The notes beneath the pieces were generated by a model, which was not told where the DNA came from, did no database searches, and saw only the letters and a list, made by a program, of their open reading frames with translations. From contig CAYLOQ010000002.1 of assembly GCA_964385425.1 (NCBI GenBank), forward strand, positions 12,714 through 76,713: a stretch of DNA of 64,000 nt, given 5' to 3'. Below, piece after piece: positions 9,480-18,870 of the stretch. The stretch comes from Candidatus Woesearchaeota archaeon. Lineage in GTDB: Archaea; Nanobdellota; Nanobdellia; Pacearchaeales; GW2011-AR1. Positions within the stretch are counted from its first letter, which is position 1. Every line of letters begins with the position of its first letter. The translations under genes and the position numbers were made by a program.

Positions 9480-9623
9480 ATGACATCAAAAAAAGTGATG
9501 GGTTGGGGAGCAGTGGTTGTTGCAGTACTTATGGCACTAACCGAATGGCAAAATTGGTCTGGAGGTCTTAACTACTTATGGGCTGTCCTCGTAGCTGTTT
9601 GGGGAGTTATGAGCCTTAAATAA
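9480..9623 (+). CDS. 47-aa two-helix membrane protein (not in ORF track)
   Basis: MTSKKVMGWGAVVVAVLMALTEWQNWSGGLNYLWAVLVAVWGVMSLK, preceded by strong SD GGGGGTGA and followed by a T-rich tract. Confidence 0.75.
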   Translation: MTSKKVMGWGAVVVAVLMALTEWQNWSGGLNYLWAVLVAVWGVMSLK

Positions 9624-9679
9624 AACGACCGTAATTTATTATTTTTTTAATTTTTTTTTAGAATTCTTTTAGATTAAAA

Positions 9680-9750
9680 TGGGCCCAGAGAGAATCGAAC
9701 TCCCATCTCCTGGGCTGGAACCAGGTAGTCTACCATTAGCCTATGGACCC
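9680..9750 (-). tRNA. tRNA-Trp (CCA), intronless
   Basis: Cloverleaf: acceptor GGGTCCA/TGGGCCC with A73; anticodon arm CCTGG-TTCCAGC-CCAGG; T-loop TTCGATT. Confidence 0.92.
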
Positions 9751-9825
9751 TTAATACTACAAGAAAAAAATGGTTTTTAATGTTTTTGTATTCAAATTTA
9801 TAAACACCCTTTCTGTCATGGTTGT

Positions 9826-10452
9826 ATGGAACTTTATATTGTGAGACACGCCCAATCGAAAAGAAATGCAGGACACCACACAGAAGAAGATGCAGAACTT
9901 TCTGAGATTGGTGAAGAACAGGCAAGAAGGTTGGGAAAATTCTTTCATGAGGCTAAACTTGATAAAATTTATTGTAGTACGCTTAAAAGAGCCAGATCAA
10001 CATTAAAAGAAATAAAACCCTATCTTGAAGGGGTTCCAATAACCTTCACTCCTAAAATCGTTGAACACAAGATGGGGATTTATTCAAGAAACGGAAAAGA
10101 CGATTGGAGTAGTTATTTTAAAAAAGCCATTATTTCAGAAAAGGGAATCCACTTGTTTAGACCTAAAGAAGGAGACAGTTTACAAGACACCTATGACAGA
10201 GCAGGAAAGTTCTATAGAGGACTCCTTAAGAAACATACTGGGAAAAACATATTGTTGGTTGGTCACGGTTTCTTTAATACTTATTTAATATTAAATGCAC
10301 TTAATCTAAAGGTCAATGAAGGTAAGTATTTTAAGTTGAGTAATGCAAGTGTCAGCACATTAAAAATAGATAAAAAGGGAAAGGTTAAACACTACCATAT
10401 TAATGATTATAATCATTTAATTGCCGAGGCTGTTAAAAAACTAGATTCTTAA
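9826..10452 (+). CDS. Histidine phosphatase (phosphoglycerate mutase) family protein
   Basis: VRHAQS, STLKRARST, LVGHG and LSNASVS motifs. Confidence 0.9.
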   Translation: MELYIVRHAQSKRNAGHHTEEDAELSEIGEEQARRLGKFFHEAKLDKIYCSTLKRARSTLKEIKPYLEGVPITFTPKIVEHKMGIYSRNGKDDWSSYFKKAIISEKGIHLFRPKEGDSLQDTYDRAGKFYRGLLKKHTGKNILLVGHGFFNTYLILNALNLKVNEGKYFKLSNASVSTLKIDKKGKVKHYHINDYNHLIAEAVKKLDS

Positions 10453-10456
10453 ATCT

Positions 10457-11200
10457 TTATCCAATCCTTTTTATTTCTTTAATCTCATCCCCTGAAATAG
10501 CAGCACCCTTGAATTTCACAGCATAGAGCAAAGCATCAAGAACCATGTCCCCTTTTAATCTCACGAGTCCTTTTTTCCATGCAACATAGGCAAGTTCTGC
10601 AGACCTTACAATCCTAAATCCTTTGAAGAACTTGTAATTTTCCTGCTTTGCAGTCACCCCTGTATGCAGCTTGTTCCCAAGGATCTTTTTCAAATTATCT
10701 GGTTTTTCAACGAGGACTCTCGTGGTCCTTTCGTCAATCGCAATTACATTTGTTATTCCTTTTTGAGTTAAAATTCTACTTAAAGCAAGAGTAGAAGCTT
10801 CTCCAAAGTCAATTATGTGGAGTTCTTTCCCATGCCCTATAAAGGTTGAATTGGCAACCCTAAGAATTTCGTCTGCACCCTTGTGGATTTGATCATGAGT
10901 CACCCCATAAGCACTAGGCAATTCTAGGATTTTTTCATCCATGAGCTGTTTAATCTTCAAAGCCTCTAGTTCGAACCTCTTTATGGTCATTGGTTTGTCA
11001 ACAACCTCTTTCTTTACTCCTTCAGGAATTATGAATTTACCCTTGAAAATCCCTTTTAATCTACGAAGCTCTTCAAGCAACCCAGCCATTGTAAAACTTA
11101 TCAAAGCCCCTGAATCAAAGATAATTGCCCTGCCAACGTTTTGTGTAGTCTTAACCGCCTGAGCTTTCACAGCTTGTGGCCTTTGTTTTTGAAGAGGCAT
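10457..11200 (-). CDS. PIN-fold-like protein
   Basis: IIFDSGALI, V..EVV, GEASTLAL and AIDERTTR acidic pattern. Confidence 0.6.
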   Translation of the reverse strand: MPLQKQRPQAVKAQAVKTTQNVGRAIIFDSGALISFTMAGLLEELRRLKGIFKGKFIIPEGVKKEVVDKPMTIKRFELEALKIKQLMDEKILELPSAYGVTHDQIHKGADEILRVANSTFIGHGKELHIIDFGEASTLALSRILTQKGITNVIAIDERTTRVLVEKPDNLKKILGNKLHTGVTAKQENYKFFKGFRIVRSAELAYVAWKKGLVRLKGDMVLDALLYAVKFKGAAISGDEIKEIKRIG

Positions 11201-11754
11201 TATGAAAACAGATCCATTATAAATTTAATTCTCTCGTTTTCGTTCACGGTTTTTGTTTCAGGAGTGTCAGAAATTTTACTCTCTCCCACATTCCCTGCCA
11301 GTTCAAACATAGTAATTCCAAGCATCTTGGCTGTTTGTTCCATAGAAATCCCATGTTCGTAAATCTTTGTTGCCTTATCAATCTTAGCTCCCCGAAAAAC
11401 TTCTTTGATGTAACTCTTTAGATTAGGAGAAAGTTTATTCACCGATTTTATTATCTGTTCTAGATTGGTCTTGAAACCCTTTAAATCGTCCTTACTTAGG
11501 GCCTGTATAGCATTATCAATATAAACAGAAGCGTTCTGGCAGAAAATTGTGCACTCTTTGTTCTTTGTTTGCTCTTCTATTATTTTTCCAATTGCATAAA
11601 CAATTATCGCAACAGAAATATTGTCAGTATCTTTGTGTATAGAAGCGGTGTGGATTGTCTGGTTGCTCAACTCTCTCAATTTGACAACATCAAGATTCTT
11701 AATTGCCTCTTTTGTCTGCTTTAGAATATTAAGTATGTTCTCTTTTTCTTCCAT
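11200..11754 (-). CDS. Hypothetical helical protein with C-terminal HTH-like segment
   Basis: Clean ORF coupled to the downstream gene; HGISMEQTAKMLGIT. Confidence 0.6.
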   Translation of the reverse strand: MEEKENILNILKQTKEAIKNLDVVKLRELSNQTIHTASIHKDTDNISVAIIVYAIGKIIEEQTKNKECTIFCQNASVYIDNAIQALSKDDLKGFKTNLEQIIKSVNKLSPNLKSYIKEVFRGAKIDKATKIYEHGISMEQTAKMLGITMFELAGNVGESKISDTPETKTVNENERIKFIMDLFS

Positions 11755-11820
11755 ATGTAGCAATGGAAAACCCGATTAATAAATGTTAAGTTTTTATATC
11801 TCTTTTCTCTTTTATAAATC

Positions 11821-12159
11821 ATGAAACGAGTTATATTAGACACGAGCTTCATCCTTACATCCACAAAACAGAAAATAGATTTTTTTGAAGATATAAAGCT
11901 TATGGGCCTCCAAATTTCAATTCCGAACAAGGTTGTTCGCGAGCTGGAAGGGCTTAAAGCAGCTCTTGCTTTAAGGATACTTAAAAAAAATAAATTTAAA
12001 CTTATTAAGATTAGAGGTAAAAATACAGATAGAGCAATAATTAATTACGCAAAAGCCAACCCAGAGATAATCGTGGCAACCTTGGATAAAGAAATAAAAA
12101 CAAAGATAAAAAATTCGAAACTAGTTATCAGGCAGAAGAAAAAATTAGAAGTTATATAA
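11821..12159 (+). CDS. PIN-domain protein (Fcf1/Utp24-like)
   Basis: VILDTSF, V..EL, TD..I and VATLD motifs; usual position upstream of rpoE'. Confidence 0.85.
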   Translation: MKRVILDTSFILTSTKQKIDFFEDIKLMGLQISIPNKVVRELEGLKAALALRILKKNKFKLIKIRGKNTDRAIINYAKANPEIIVATLDKEIKTKIKNSKLVIRQKKKLEVI

Positions 12160-12207
12160 TAACCTTTTTAAAGCAATTTTTACTATCTTTCACAGATTAA
12201 ACGTAAA

Positions 12208-12816
12208 ATGTTCTATTTAACAGAAGTCGAAGATCATATCAGAGTAGAGCCCAAGTTATTCGGTTTGCCTACTATTGAAGCTGTAAATAAGCAGCTCAGA
12301 GAAACTTATGCAGACTACTACGATAAGGAACTTGGAAGAGTTATATCTGTGATTGATGTTTTGAATGTTGGAGAAGGCGTGATAATCCCTGGAGATGGTG
12401 CAGCTTATTATAACTCTACATTTAAATTGTTGGTGTGGAAACCAGAGCTCCAAGAGTTAGTTTATGGAACAATCTCAGAAATAACAAGTTTCGGAGCATT
12501 TATCGATATGGGGGTAATGAAAGGAATGATCCATATCAGCCAGACCATGGAAGATTTTGTTAGTTTTAGCAAGACCAATACATTGCTTGGAAAATCCACA
12601 AAAAGAAGTTTAAAACAAGGGGATTTGTGCGTAGCAAGAATAGTTGCTGTTAGTCATAAGGGAGAGGAAACAAAAATAGGACTGACAATGAGGCAACCAG
12701 GCTTGGGAAAACTTGAATGGCTCAAGGAAGATCAGATTAAAAAAGATAAAGAAGCGAAGAAGGCTGCAAGAGAAGAACAAAAAAGTGTAAAAGCGAAAGG
12801 AGGGAAAAAGAAATGA
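12208..12816 (+). CDS. rpo7: DNA-directed RNA polymerase subunit E' (Rpo7)
   Basis: GEGVIIPGDGAAYY, S1 domain FGAF, KIGLTMRQPGLGKLEW. Confidence 0.97.
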   Translation: MFYLTEVEDHIRVEPKLFGLPTIEAVNKQLRETYADYYDKELGRVISVIDVLNVGEGVIIPGDGAAYYNSTFKLLVWKPELQELVYGTISEITSFGAFIDMGVMKGMIHISQTMEDFVSFSKTNTLLGKSTKRSLKQGDLCVARIVAVSHKGEETKIGLTMRQPGLGKLEWLKEDQIKKDKEAKKAAREEQKSVKAKGGKKK

Positions 12817-12855
12817 TAAACGGTCGCGGGATCAAAAACCCGCTGGAGGTTTTTA

Positions 12856-13047
12856 ATGCCTAAACAAAAAGCATGTAAAATCTGTAACACAATTTATGAA
12901 ACAGGAGACAAGTGTCCTAAGTGCGGGTCTAAAGAATCCACAGAAGGTTTTAAGGGAAGGATCGTTGTCTTAAACCCTGAGAATTCAGAAATAGCAAAGA
13001 GACTAGATCTAAAAGATAAGGGAAACTTTGCAATTAAAACCAGATAA
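12856..13047 (+). CDS. spt4: Transcription elongation factor Spt4 (RpoE'')
   Basis: KACKIC...CPKCGS...PENSEIAK; follows rpo7; SD GGAGG. Confidence 0.95.
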   Translation: MPKQKACKICNTIYETGDKCPKCGSKESTEGFKGRIVVLNPENSEIAKRLDLKDKGNFAIKTR

Positions 13048-13060
13048 CTTTTTTCGTAAA

Positions 13061-13531
13061 ATGGAATTAAAAATAATAGATAAAAAAGACAATCTTCTCT
13101 TTAATAGGAAGGAGATTGAGGCAAGTGTTGGAGCAGAAGTTACTCCAAGAAGGCAGGAGATTAAAGAACTGATTTCTGAAAAACTTTCAATCCCTCCAGA
13201 AGTAATAAAACTAAAAGGTATTCACGGAAAATTTGGCTCTAAAAATTTTACGATAAAAGCCAACGTATACAATTCTATAGAAGATAAAGAAAAAATAGAG
13301 CCGAAATCAAAGAAGGAGAAGGAAGAAGAAAAGAAAGCAGCAGAACAGGCTACAGCAGAGGAAACACAAGTACAAGAAACCAGTGTAGAGAATCCTAAAA
13401 AGGTTGAAGATACGTCCGTCACACCCCCAACAACCCATGAAGAAACTTCTAACGATAAAAATTCAGAAGATGTTAATAAAACCAGTGAAAATAAATCTGA
13501 GCCGTCTGGAGAAGCAAATAAGACAGAATAA
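13061..13531 (+). CDS. rps24e: 30S ribosomal protein S24e with acidic low-complexity C-terminal tail
   Basis: N.LFNRKEI, TPRR.EI, FG...ANVY...IEP; conserved gene order. Confidence 0.92.
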   Translation: MELKIIDKKDNLLFNRKEIEASVGAEVTPRRQEIKELISEKLSIPPEVIKLKGIHGKFGSKNFTIKANVYNSIEDKEKIEPKSKKEKEEEKKAAEQATAEETQVQETSVENPKKVEDTSVTPPTTHEETSNDKNSEDVNKTSENKSEPSGEANKTE

Positions 13532-13533
13532 AA

Positions 13534-13803
13534 ATGCCAAAGAAAGCTAAAATAAAAAAGGGAAAAAAACCACACAAGAATAAACCGACAAGTAAGAAAT
13601 ATACTAAGTATAAGATAGAAGGAGACAAGGTTACGAGATCGAGATTTTGTCCGAGATGCGGTCCAGGAGTTTTCTTAATGACTACAAAAGACAGAGTTTA
13701 CTGTGGAAAATGTCATTATGGAGAATTTGAAAGTAAAAAGGTCTCAACAGAAGAAAAAAAGGATACGCATGAAGGCACATCACACATGAAGAAAGAGGAA
13801 TAA
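13534..13803 (+). CDS. rps27ae: 30S ribosomal protein S27ae
   Basis: [10 protein letters not shown]...DR.YCGKCHY. Confidence 0.97.
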   Translation: MPKKAKIKKGKKPHKNKPTSKKYTKYKIEGDKVTRSRFCPRCGPGVFLMTTKDRVYCGKCHYGEFESKKVSTEEKKDTHEGTSHMKKEE

Positions 13804-13894
13804 TTTTGGAGGGTGTCTTTTAAATAATAATTCTTATAAAGTAGTAACAAACAAAAAGTATATAAACCATTCTTCTTAAAAATCTTTAAGATAA

Positions 13895-15247
13895 ATGAAA
13901 ATTAGAACAGCTGGTGGACTTGAAAGAGAATTGACTGAATTTGGTAATGAACATTTTATAGGATTTAAAGATAGAGACTCAATGGTTTATCTTCGGCCAG
14001 AAAAAGTTGATGAAATAGAAAAAAGAATAATAGGTTATAGAGAAAGAGCACAAATCTTATTGAATCAACATCCAGGACACTTACACTCTTATGATAGGGA
14101 TGCTTTACTTCAACTTTCACACTTATCCTTAGATGAAGCAGTTCTTGGCTTTTCTGATAGGGGAGAAATAAAATTTTCAGACGATCATCTGAGATGGATG
14201 TTTGGCAGGGTAAAACGCCTTGAAGAAGGAGGTATCCCCCAAATATTCTCAAGCGAATTTGAAAGTTCGACAGGAGAAGGTGTCGATATTTATAACACAG
14301 GATTTGAGTTACATAGATACCCAACATTAGATGCCATCATCAACCTTTTTGTTAAAGATTATGTTCCTAAGAAAAATAGAAGAATAACCAAGGCAGTAGA
14401 TCCCGAAGATATACTCTTTTTTAGAGATTATGCTATCCGAGATGAATTTTCTGGTCAAGTTCTTAAAGAATTAATCCAATCTACTAAAGATAAATATAAA
14501 AATAGATTTCAATCCAGTGAGACAAGAGACCATGTTTTAGGTAAGGTTTCCGAAGGATTTGAACATCTTAAAAGATCTTTGTCTGATTTGCCCTCCCACC
14601 CAAGGTTTAAAGTACATGATCTTGAAGAAAATTCAGAAAGAATTGTAGCTCGTCCTTTTTGGTACACGCAGTATACAAGTCATTCTGTAGACCTCATACT
14701 TGCAGATTATTTTAAGGGCGTTCTTACTAGTTTTTTAGTTTCTGATAAAATAGATCCTAAAGGATTTGTAGGTGGAACTCCGGGGACATTTCACGTTTTA
14801 GATTTATTTCCTGATAGAACTATTGACTTTGACGATTGGAGAAGACAAAAGACAGATTATTTGAGAGATAAAATAGAAAGTAATGTGGATAATTATGCTG
14901 TGAGGGGTGGAAACTTTGGAACCGTTTGTCTAGAAATAGGAGTTGAAAGCGATAGGTCTTCTGGAAAACTAGTTGGAGGATTGCTTGATGAAGTGCATCT
15001 TCAAAGAGTGAGTGGTTTTTCAGATACCCAGTTTGTTGAGTACATAAATGGTTTGCCGAAAGGCTCTTCTATTGCTGGTCAACCAAGAACTGGTGCGTAT
15101 TTATCAAAGAGATTGCAGGATTTAATAGGAGAAACGAATTATCCCCAAGGGAGGGTGTCTTTTAAGCGTAAGGCTGAAGATTTAGGAATAAACGAAGGAA
15201 GTTTAAATTTTGCTCGTAGATTATACAATACAACCAGGATATTTTAA
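13895..15247 (+). CDS. Hypothetical protein (450 aa)
   Basis: Long ORF with upstream TATA; no motif recognised. Confidence 0.6.
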   Translation: MKIRTAGGLERELTEFGNEHFIGFKDRDSMVYLRPEKVDEIEKRIIGYRERAQILLNQHPGHLHSYDRDALLQLSHLSLDEAVLGFSDRGEIKFSDDHLRWMFGRVKRLEEGGIPQIFSSEFESSTGEGVDIYNTGFELHRYPTLDAIINLFVKDYVPKKNRRITKAVDPEDILFFRDYAIRDEFSGQVLKELIQSTKDKYKNRFQSSETRDHVLGKVSEGFEHLKRSLSDLPSHPRFKVHDLEENSERIVARPFWYTQYTSHSVDLILADYFKGVLTSFLVSDKIDPKGFVGGTPGTFHVLDLFPDRTIDFDDWRRQKTDYLRDKIESNVDNYAVRGGNFGTVCLEIGVESDRSSGKLVGGLLDEVHLQRVSGFSDTQFVEYINGLPKGSSIAGQPRTGAYLSKRLQDLIGETNYPQGRVSFKRKAEDLGINEGSLNFARRLYNTTRIF

Positions 15248-15275
15248 GAAGAAAGAAGAGAAAAAATGATCTTAT

Positions 15276-15467
15276 TCACTTTTTAGAAAGGTGATATTCT
15301 ATTCCTGTTCTTGCGAGTACAGCCAAAATTAAAACAATTATTATCACCCCTAGATCTTTAAGCTCTCCGAGAACGATAATAAATGCAAAGTATACTGTTG
15401 CAAAGATAATAGCTAATTCTAAAAAAGACTTACCAAAAAGCCACGAAAACCTTTCACCATTTTTCAT
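15276..15467 (-). CDS. Small two-TM membrane protein
   Basis: Two hydrophobic segments; TATA-like element upstream of ATG 15467. Confidence 0.55.
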   Translation of the reverse strand: MKNGERFSWLFGKSFLELAIIFATVYFAFIIVLGELKDLGVIIIVLILAVLARTGIEYHLSKK

Positions 15468-15781
15468 AAAAAATAAAAGAATATACAATATTTAAATGTG
15501 TGTAAAAACATTATAGAAGAAATTTTATTTTTAGTTATAATATAATCGGGCAAGATAAATAATCTTAATAAGCCCACACGTCATTCTTTTTTTAATGATT
15601 ACAAACCCTAGGAGAGTATCCAAGCCTAGCAAATAGTATGACTTGAAGCCTCTCCTGGGGAAAAAGAGGTGATACTATATACAGCATCTTCAACTATTTA
15701 AAGCTTTCGTTCATGTTACTCTTCAAAAATGACATGCGATAATTAGTATAAAGTGGTAATTACGTATACCTACTATAGAAT

Positions 15782-15818
15782 TATTTAGGCACTACTTATA
15801 CAAATATTTAGGCACTAC
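15782..15818 (+). repeat. 14-bp direct repeat TATTTAGGCACTAC x2 upstream of scpA
   Basis: Exact copies at 15782-15795 and 15805-15818. Confidence 0.85.
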
Positions 15819-15853
15819 CTAGGTTTTATAAGCTAACTTTTCTTTTATATAAA

Positions 15854-16741
15854 ATGAAAAAAGAGTCAAATAAGGGGGTAAAACAAGAACAGATTCATGA
15901 TATATTGTTCAATAGGGAAGTTGGTTGGCAGGAAATAATATATGATCTGATAAATACAGAGCAGTTAGATCCTTGGGATATAGATATAACGATGCTCTCT
16001 GAAAAATATCTGGACCGTGTTTCTGCATTTGAAGAGACAGATTTCTTTGTTTCTAGCAAGGTGCTCTTGGCAGCTGCACTCCTTTTAAGGATAAAATCAG
16101 AAATCTTATTGAATAAATACATAAAGAGCATAGACGAAATTCTCTTTGGAAAAGAAGAATCTTTTACACCACGCCAAATCGAGAAGATAGAACTAGGAGA
16201 AGATATACCTGAATTAATTCCAAGAAGCCCTATACCGAGATTCAAAAAAGTCACGCTGCAGGAGCTGATGGAATCTTTGAACAAGGCAATTGCAACAGAG
16301 AACAGGAGAATAAAAAAAGAGATAATAAAAAAGAATGCTCTTAGAGAGGCATCTTTTTCCTTGCCTAAGAGAAGATTCGGCATAAAAAACAAGATAAGAG
16401 AAATCTATATGAATTTATTGAGTTATTTTGAAAAAGATGAAAAAAAGAGGAAAGTTTCTTTCACAGATTTTGTTGGGACTGATAAAGAAGAAAGAGTAAT
16501 ATCTTTTTCATCTCTTTTACACCTAGATCACCAGAAAAAAGTTTGGCTAGAACAGGAAGAGAATTTCGGAGAATTTTATATATGGCTAAAGGAAACTTAT
16601 GTTAAACATAATCCAGACCCTTTTGCAGATCTAAAGGAAGAAGTTGAGAGAGAAATAGAAAAACTAGATGGAGAAAAAAAGAAAAGATTAGAAAAAATCA
16701 ATAAGGATTTCGAAAACCCCTTAGCAGATTTTTTCGATTAG
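15854..16741 (+). CDS. scpA: Segregation and condensation protein A (kleisin)
   Basis: LDPWDIDI, LLAAALLLRIKS, KVTLQEL..L, F.SLLHL...V.LEQEE.FGE. Confidence 0.92.
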   Translation: MKKESNKGVKQEQIHDILFNREVGWQEIIYDLINTEQLDPWDIDITMLSEKYLDRVSAFEETDFFVSSKVLLAAALLLRIKSEILLNKYIKSIDEILFGKEESFTPRQIEKIELGEDIPELIPRSPIPRFKKVTLQELMESLNKAIATENRRIKKEIIKKNALREASFSLPKRRFGIKNKIREIYMNLLSYFEKDEKKRKVSFTDFVGTDKEERVISFSSLLHLDHQKKVWLEQEENFGEFYIWLKETYVKHNPDPFADLKEEVEREIEKLDGEKKKRLEKINKDFENPLADFFD

Positions 16742-16842
16742 CCCATACTATACTTTATAATATACTCCTTTCAAACATACCTGTAGTTTAGAATATATCT
16801 AATCTCAAACATCTTTAAAAACCAGAACCGACTAAATCTCTC

Positions 16843-17517
16843 ATGAAAAAGAGGTGTGCTGTTCTCTTCTCTGGCGGAAAAGATTCTACAATGGCTGCTT
16901 ATTTAGCCAAAAAGAAAGGTTATGAATTAACCTGTCTAATAACTCTTATCTCCAAGAACAAAGAAAGCTACATGTTTCACACACCATCAATCCGTAAAAC
17001 AAGACAACAGGCAAAAGTCATGAAAATCCCCTTGGTTGTTGATAAAACCAAGGGAGAAAAAGAAAAAGAGCTGAGAGACTTAGAAAGAGCGATAAAAATA
17101 GCTAAGAAAAAATATAAAATAAATTGTATAGTTACAGGAGCTCTTCATTCTGTTTATCAGGCATCCAGGATACAGAAAATATGTGATAAACTTGAACTTG
17201 AATGTTTTAATCCACTTTGGCATAAAGATGAGTTTACATATCTAGATGAGTTAATAAAGAATGGATTCAAGGTAATAATTATTGGGGTTTTTGCTTACCC
17301 ATTAAACGCTTCTTGGCTTGGGAGAAAGATAGACAAAGAATTTATAGAAGATGTGAAGGAACTTAAGGAAAAATATAAGATTCATGTGGCAGGAGAAGGT
17401 GGAGAATTCGAAACTTTTGTCCTTGATTGCCCTTTATTCGAGAGACCATTAAAAGTCACAGGAGCAGATTTTACCGGAGAAGATCATTCTTGGAGAATGG
17501 AAATTAAGGTGAGATGA
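16843..17517 (+). CDS. dph6: Diphthine--ammonia ligase (Dph6 family PP-loop ATPase)
   Basis: LFSGGKDS, SYMFH, S.YQ..R, PLW and GEGGEFETFVLDCPLF motifs. Confidence 0.9.
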   Translation: MKKRCAVLFSGGKDSTMAAYLAKKKGYELTCLITLISKNKESYMFHTPSIRKTRQQAKVMKIPLVVDKTKGEKEKELRDLERAIKIAKKKYKINCIVTGALHSVYQASRIQKICDKLELECFNPLWHKDEFTYLDELIKNGFKVIIIGVFAYPLNASWLGRKIDKEFIEDVKELKEKYKIHVAGEGGEFETFVLDCPLFERPLKVTGADFTGEDHSWRMEIKVR

Positions 17518-17587
17518 AAGAACAGAAACAAAGAGATGATTTTGGGGTTTGGGGGTTGATACCTTGATAAAAGGATAAGTGCGGAGG

Positions 17588-17669
17588 CGCCCCAGCCGGG
17601 AATCGAACCCGGATGTCCGTCAAGACCTTGCTCTTAAGGCAAGCGCATTTCCAATTATGCTTCTAGGGC
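17588..17669 (-). tRNA. Atypical type II tRNA with UAA (Leu) anticodon, G73 and A8, enclosed in an extra outer stem (17580-17680)
   Basis: Acceptor GCCCTAG/CTGGGGC, D stem GCAT/ATGC, anticodon arm CTTGC-CTTAAGA-GCAAG, long variable arm, T arm CCGGG-TTCGATT-CCCGG. Confidence 0.75.
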
Positions 17670-17964
17670 TGGCCTCCGCAAAAGATTGTAAACAGGAATA
17701 TTTATATAGTTATTTACACTAAAACTATTAATATCCGTCAAGATAATTCCAATTGTGCTTCTTTTTCTTTATTATTTATGTTGAAATGAACTTTGTTTAA
17801 GTAGCCCCCATTTAAACAATATTAATTCTTATGAATAATTTGTTCACAAATAATAGATAAAGTTATCCCAAGGGGTCACACACACCCCCCCATTTAGCGC
17901 ATTAGGATTGCTCTGGATGATTGGGGGTTGCAGACGGGGGTTTGGGGTTGTGGAAATTTGTAGA

Positions 17965-18342
17965 CTACATAACATCAAGAAAATCAGTCCCCTCATCTCT
18001 ATTTATCAATTTATGGGCGTGTTTCATTTCTTCAGGGTTATAGAGATGAATTATCTTGAACTTTCCAGAAGTTGTTTTGTTAATATTATCATGACGAACT
18101 TCAATAACATGAATAAGTCCCCAATAAATCCATTTGCCATCAATATTTTGAACTAAGAAATTACGAACAGGGGGTAATTGGTATATTCTGATTTTTGGTT
18201 TATCCTTGAACTCAAAAATCCTATTTTTAAAATTGTCAGCAGTAAAGGGCTTTATTTTATGCCTATCATAATCCAATTCTTTTGGAAAGCCCTGCTCAGT
18301 TGTTATTTGCAAGGTATCGTTTATTTCAATGAAACTACCCAT
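17965..18342 (-). CDS. Hypothetical protein
   Basis: ORF starting MGSFIEINDTLQIT; TATA upstream; no function assignable. Confidence 0.65.
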   Translation of the reverse strand: MGSFIEINDTLQITTEQGFPKELDYDRHKIKPFTADNFKNRIFEFKDKPKIRIYQLPPVRNFLVQNIDGKWIYWGLIHVIEVRHDNINKTTSGKFKIIHLYNPEEMKHAHKLINRDEGTDFLDVM

Positions 18343-18510
18343 AGGATTAACTATTAAAAGTACCATATAAAAATTATCATTATTTAGGACTACCCCGCTG
18401 ACTTAGTCTACATGATGGGGGGAAGAATGGGTATTTAGGGGTTTTGATGGCGGATAATTTTATTGAGGGGGGTTTATAGCGCCCCGACCGTGCAACGACA
18501 GAGCGTCGGG

Positions 18511-18702
18511 TCAAAATTTTGAGATTCGACTTAAAACCACTACAAGAATCCACCCACTAATAAAGAATAGCAAACTCATCTGAAAAGCAGTATTTATAGT
18601 TATAGACTTCTCAACAAGAGTCATATTAAAAATAAATGCTACAGAAATCGCTACAAGAGTGGCTATAAATCCTTTTGTATATTCAATAAAAGTTGTTTTC
18701 AT
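18511..18702 (-). CDS. Small two-TM membrane protein
   Basis: Two hydrophobic helices; TATA (TTTATAAA) at 18724-18731. Confidence 0.55.
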   Translation of the reverse strand: MKTTFIEYTKGFIATLVAISVAFIFNMTLVEKSITINTAFQMSLLFFISGWILVVVLSRISKF

Positions 18703-18801
18703 ATTTCCCTTAAGAATCGATTATTTATAAATAAAAGGGGTATTTTAGGGGTTTTGAGGGGGGTTTGGGAAAGCCCCCATCGGGCAGTCCAATAAACTAT
18801 G

Positions 18802-18819
18802 GAGTTTAGATGGGCTTTT
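18802..18819 (+). repeat. Left copy of 18-bp inverted repeat GAGTTTAGATGGGCTTTT
   Basis: Exact reverse complement at 26712-26729. Confidence 0.9.
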
Positions 18820-18870
18820 TAATCTTTTTAGAATAACAAAGAATTTAATACAAAAATACATGCTTTTATA

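Noticed and set aside
18429..18770. Replication origin (ORB G-strings)
   Set aside because: No TTCCAxTGGAA ORB core was seen and there is no cdc6/orc1 gene in the window.
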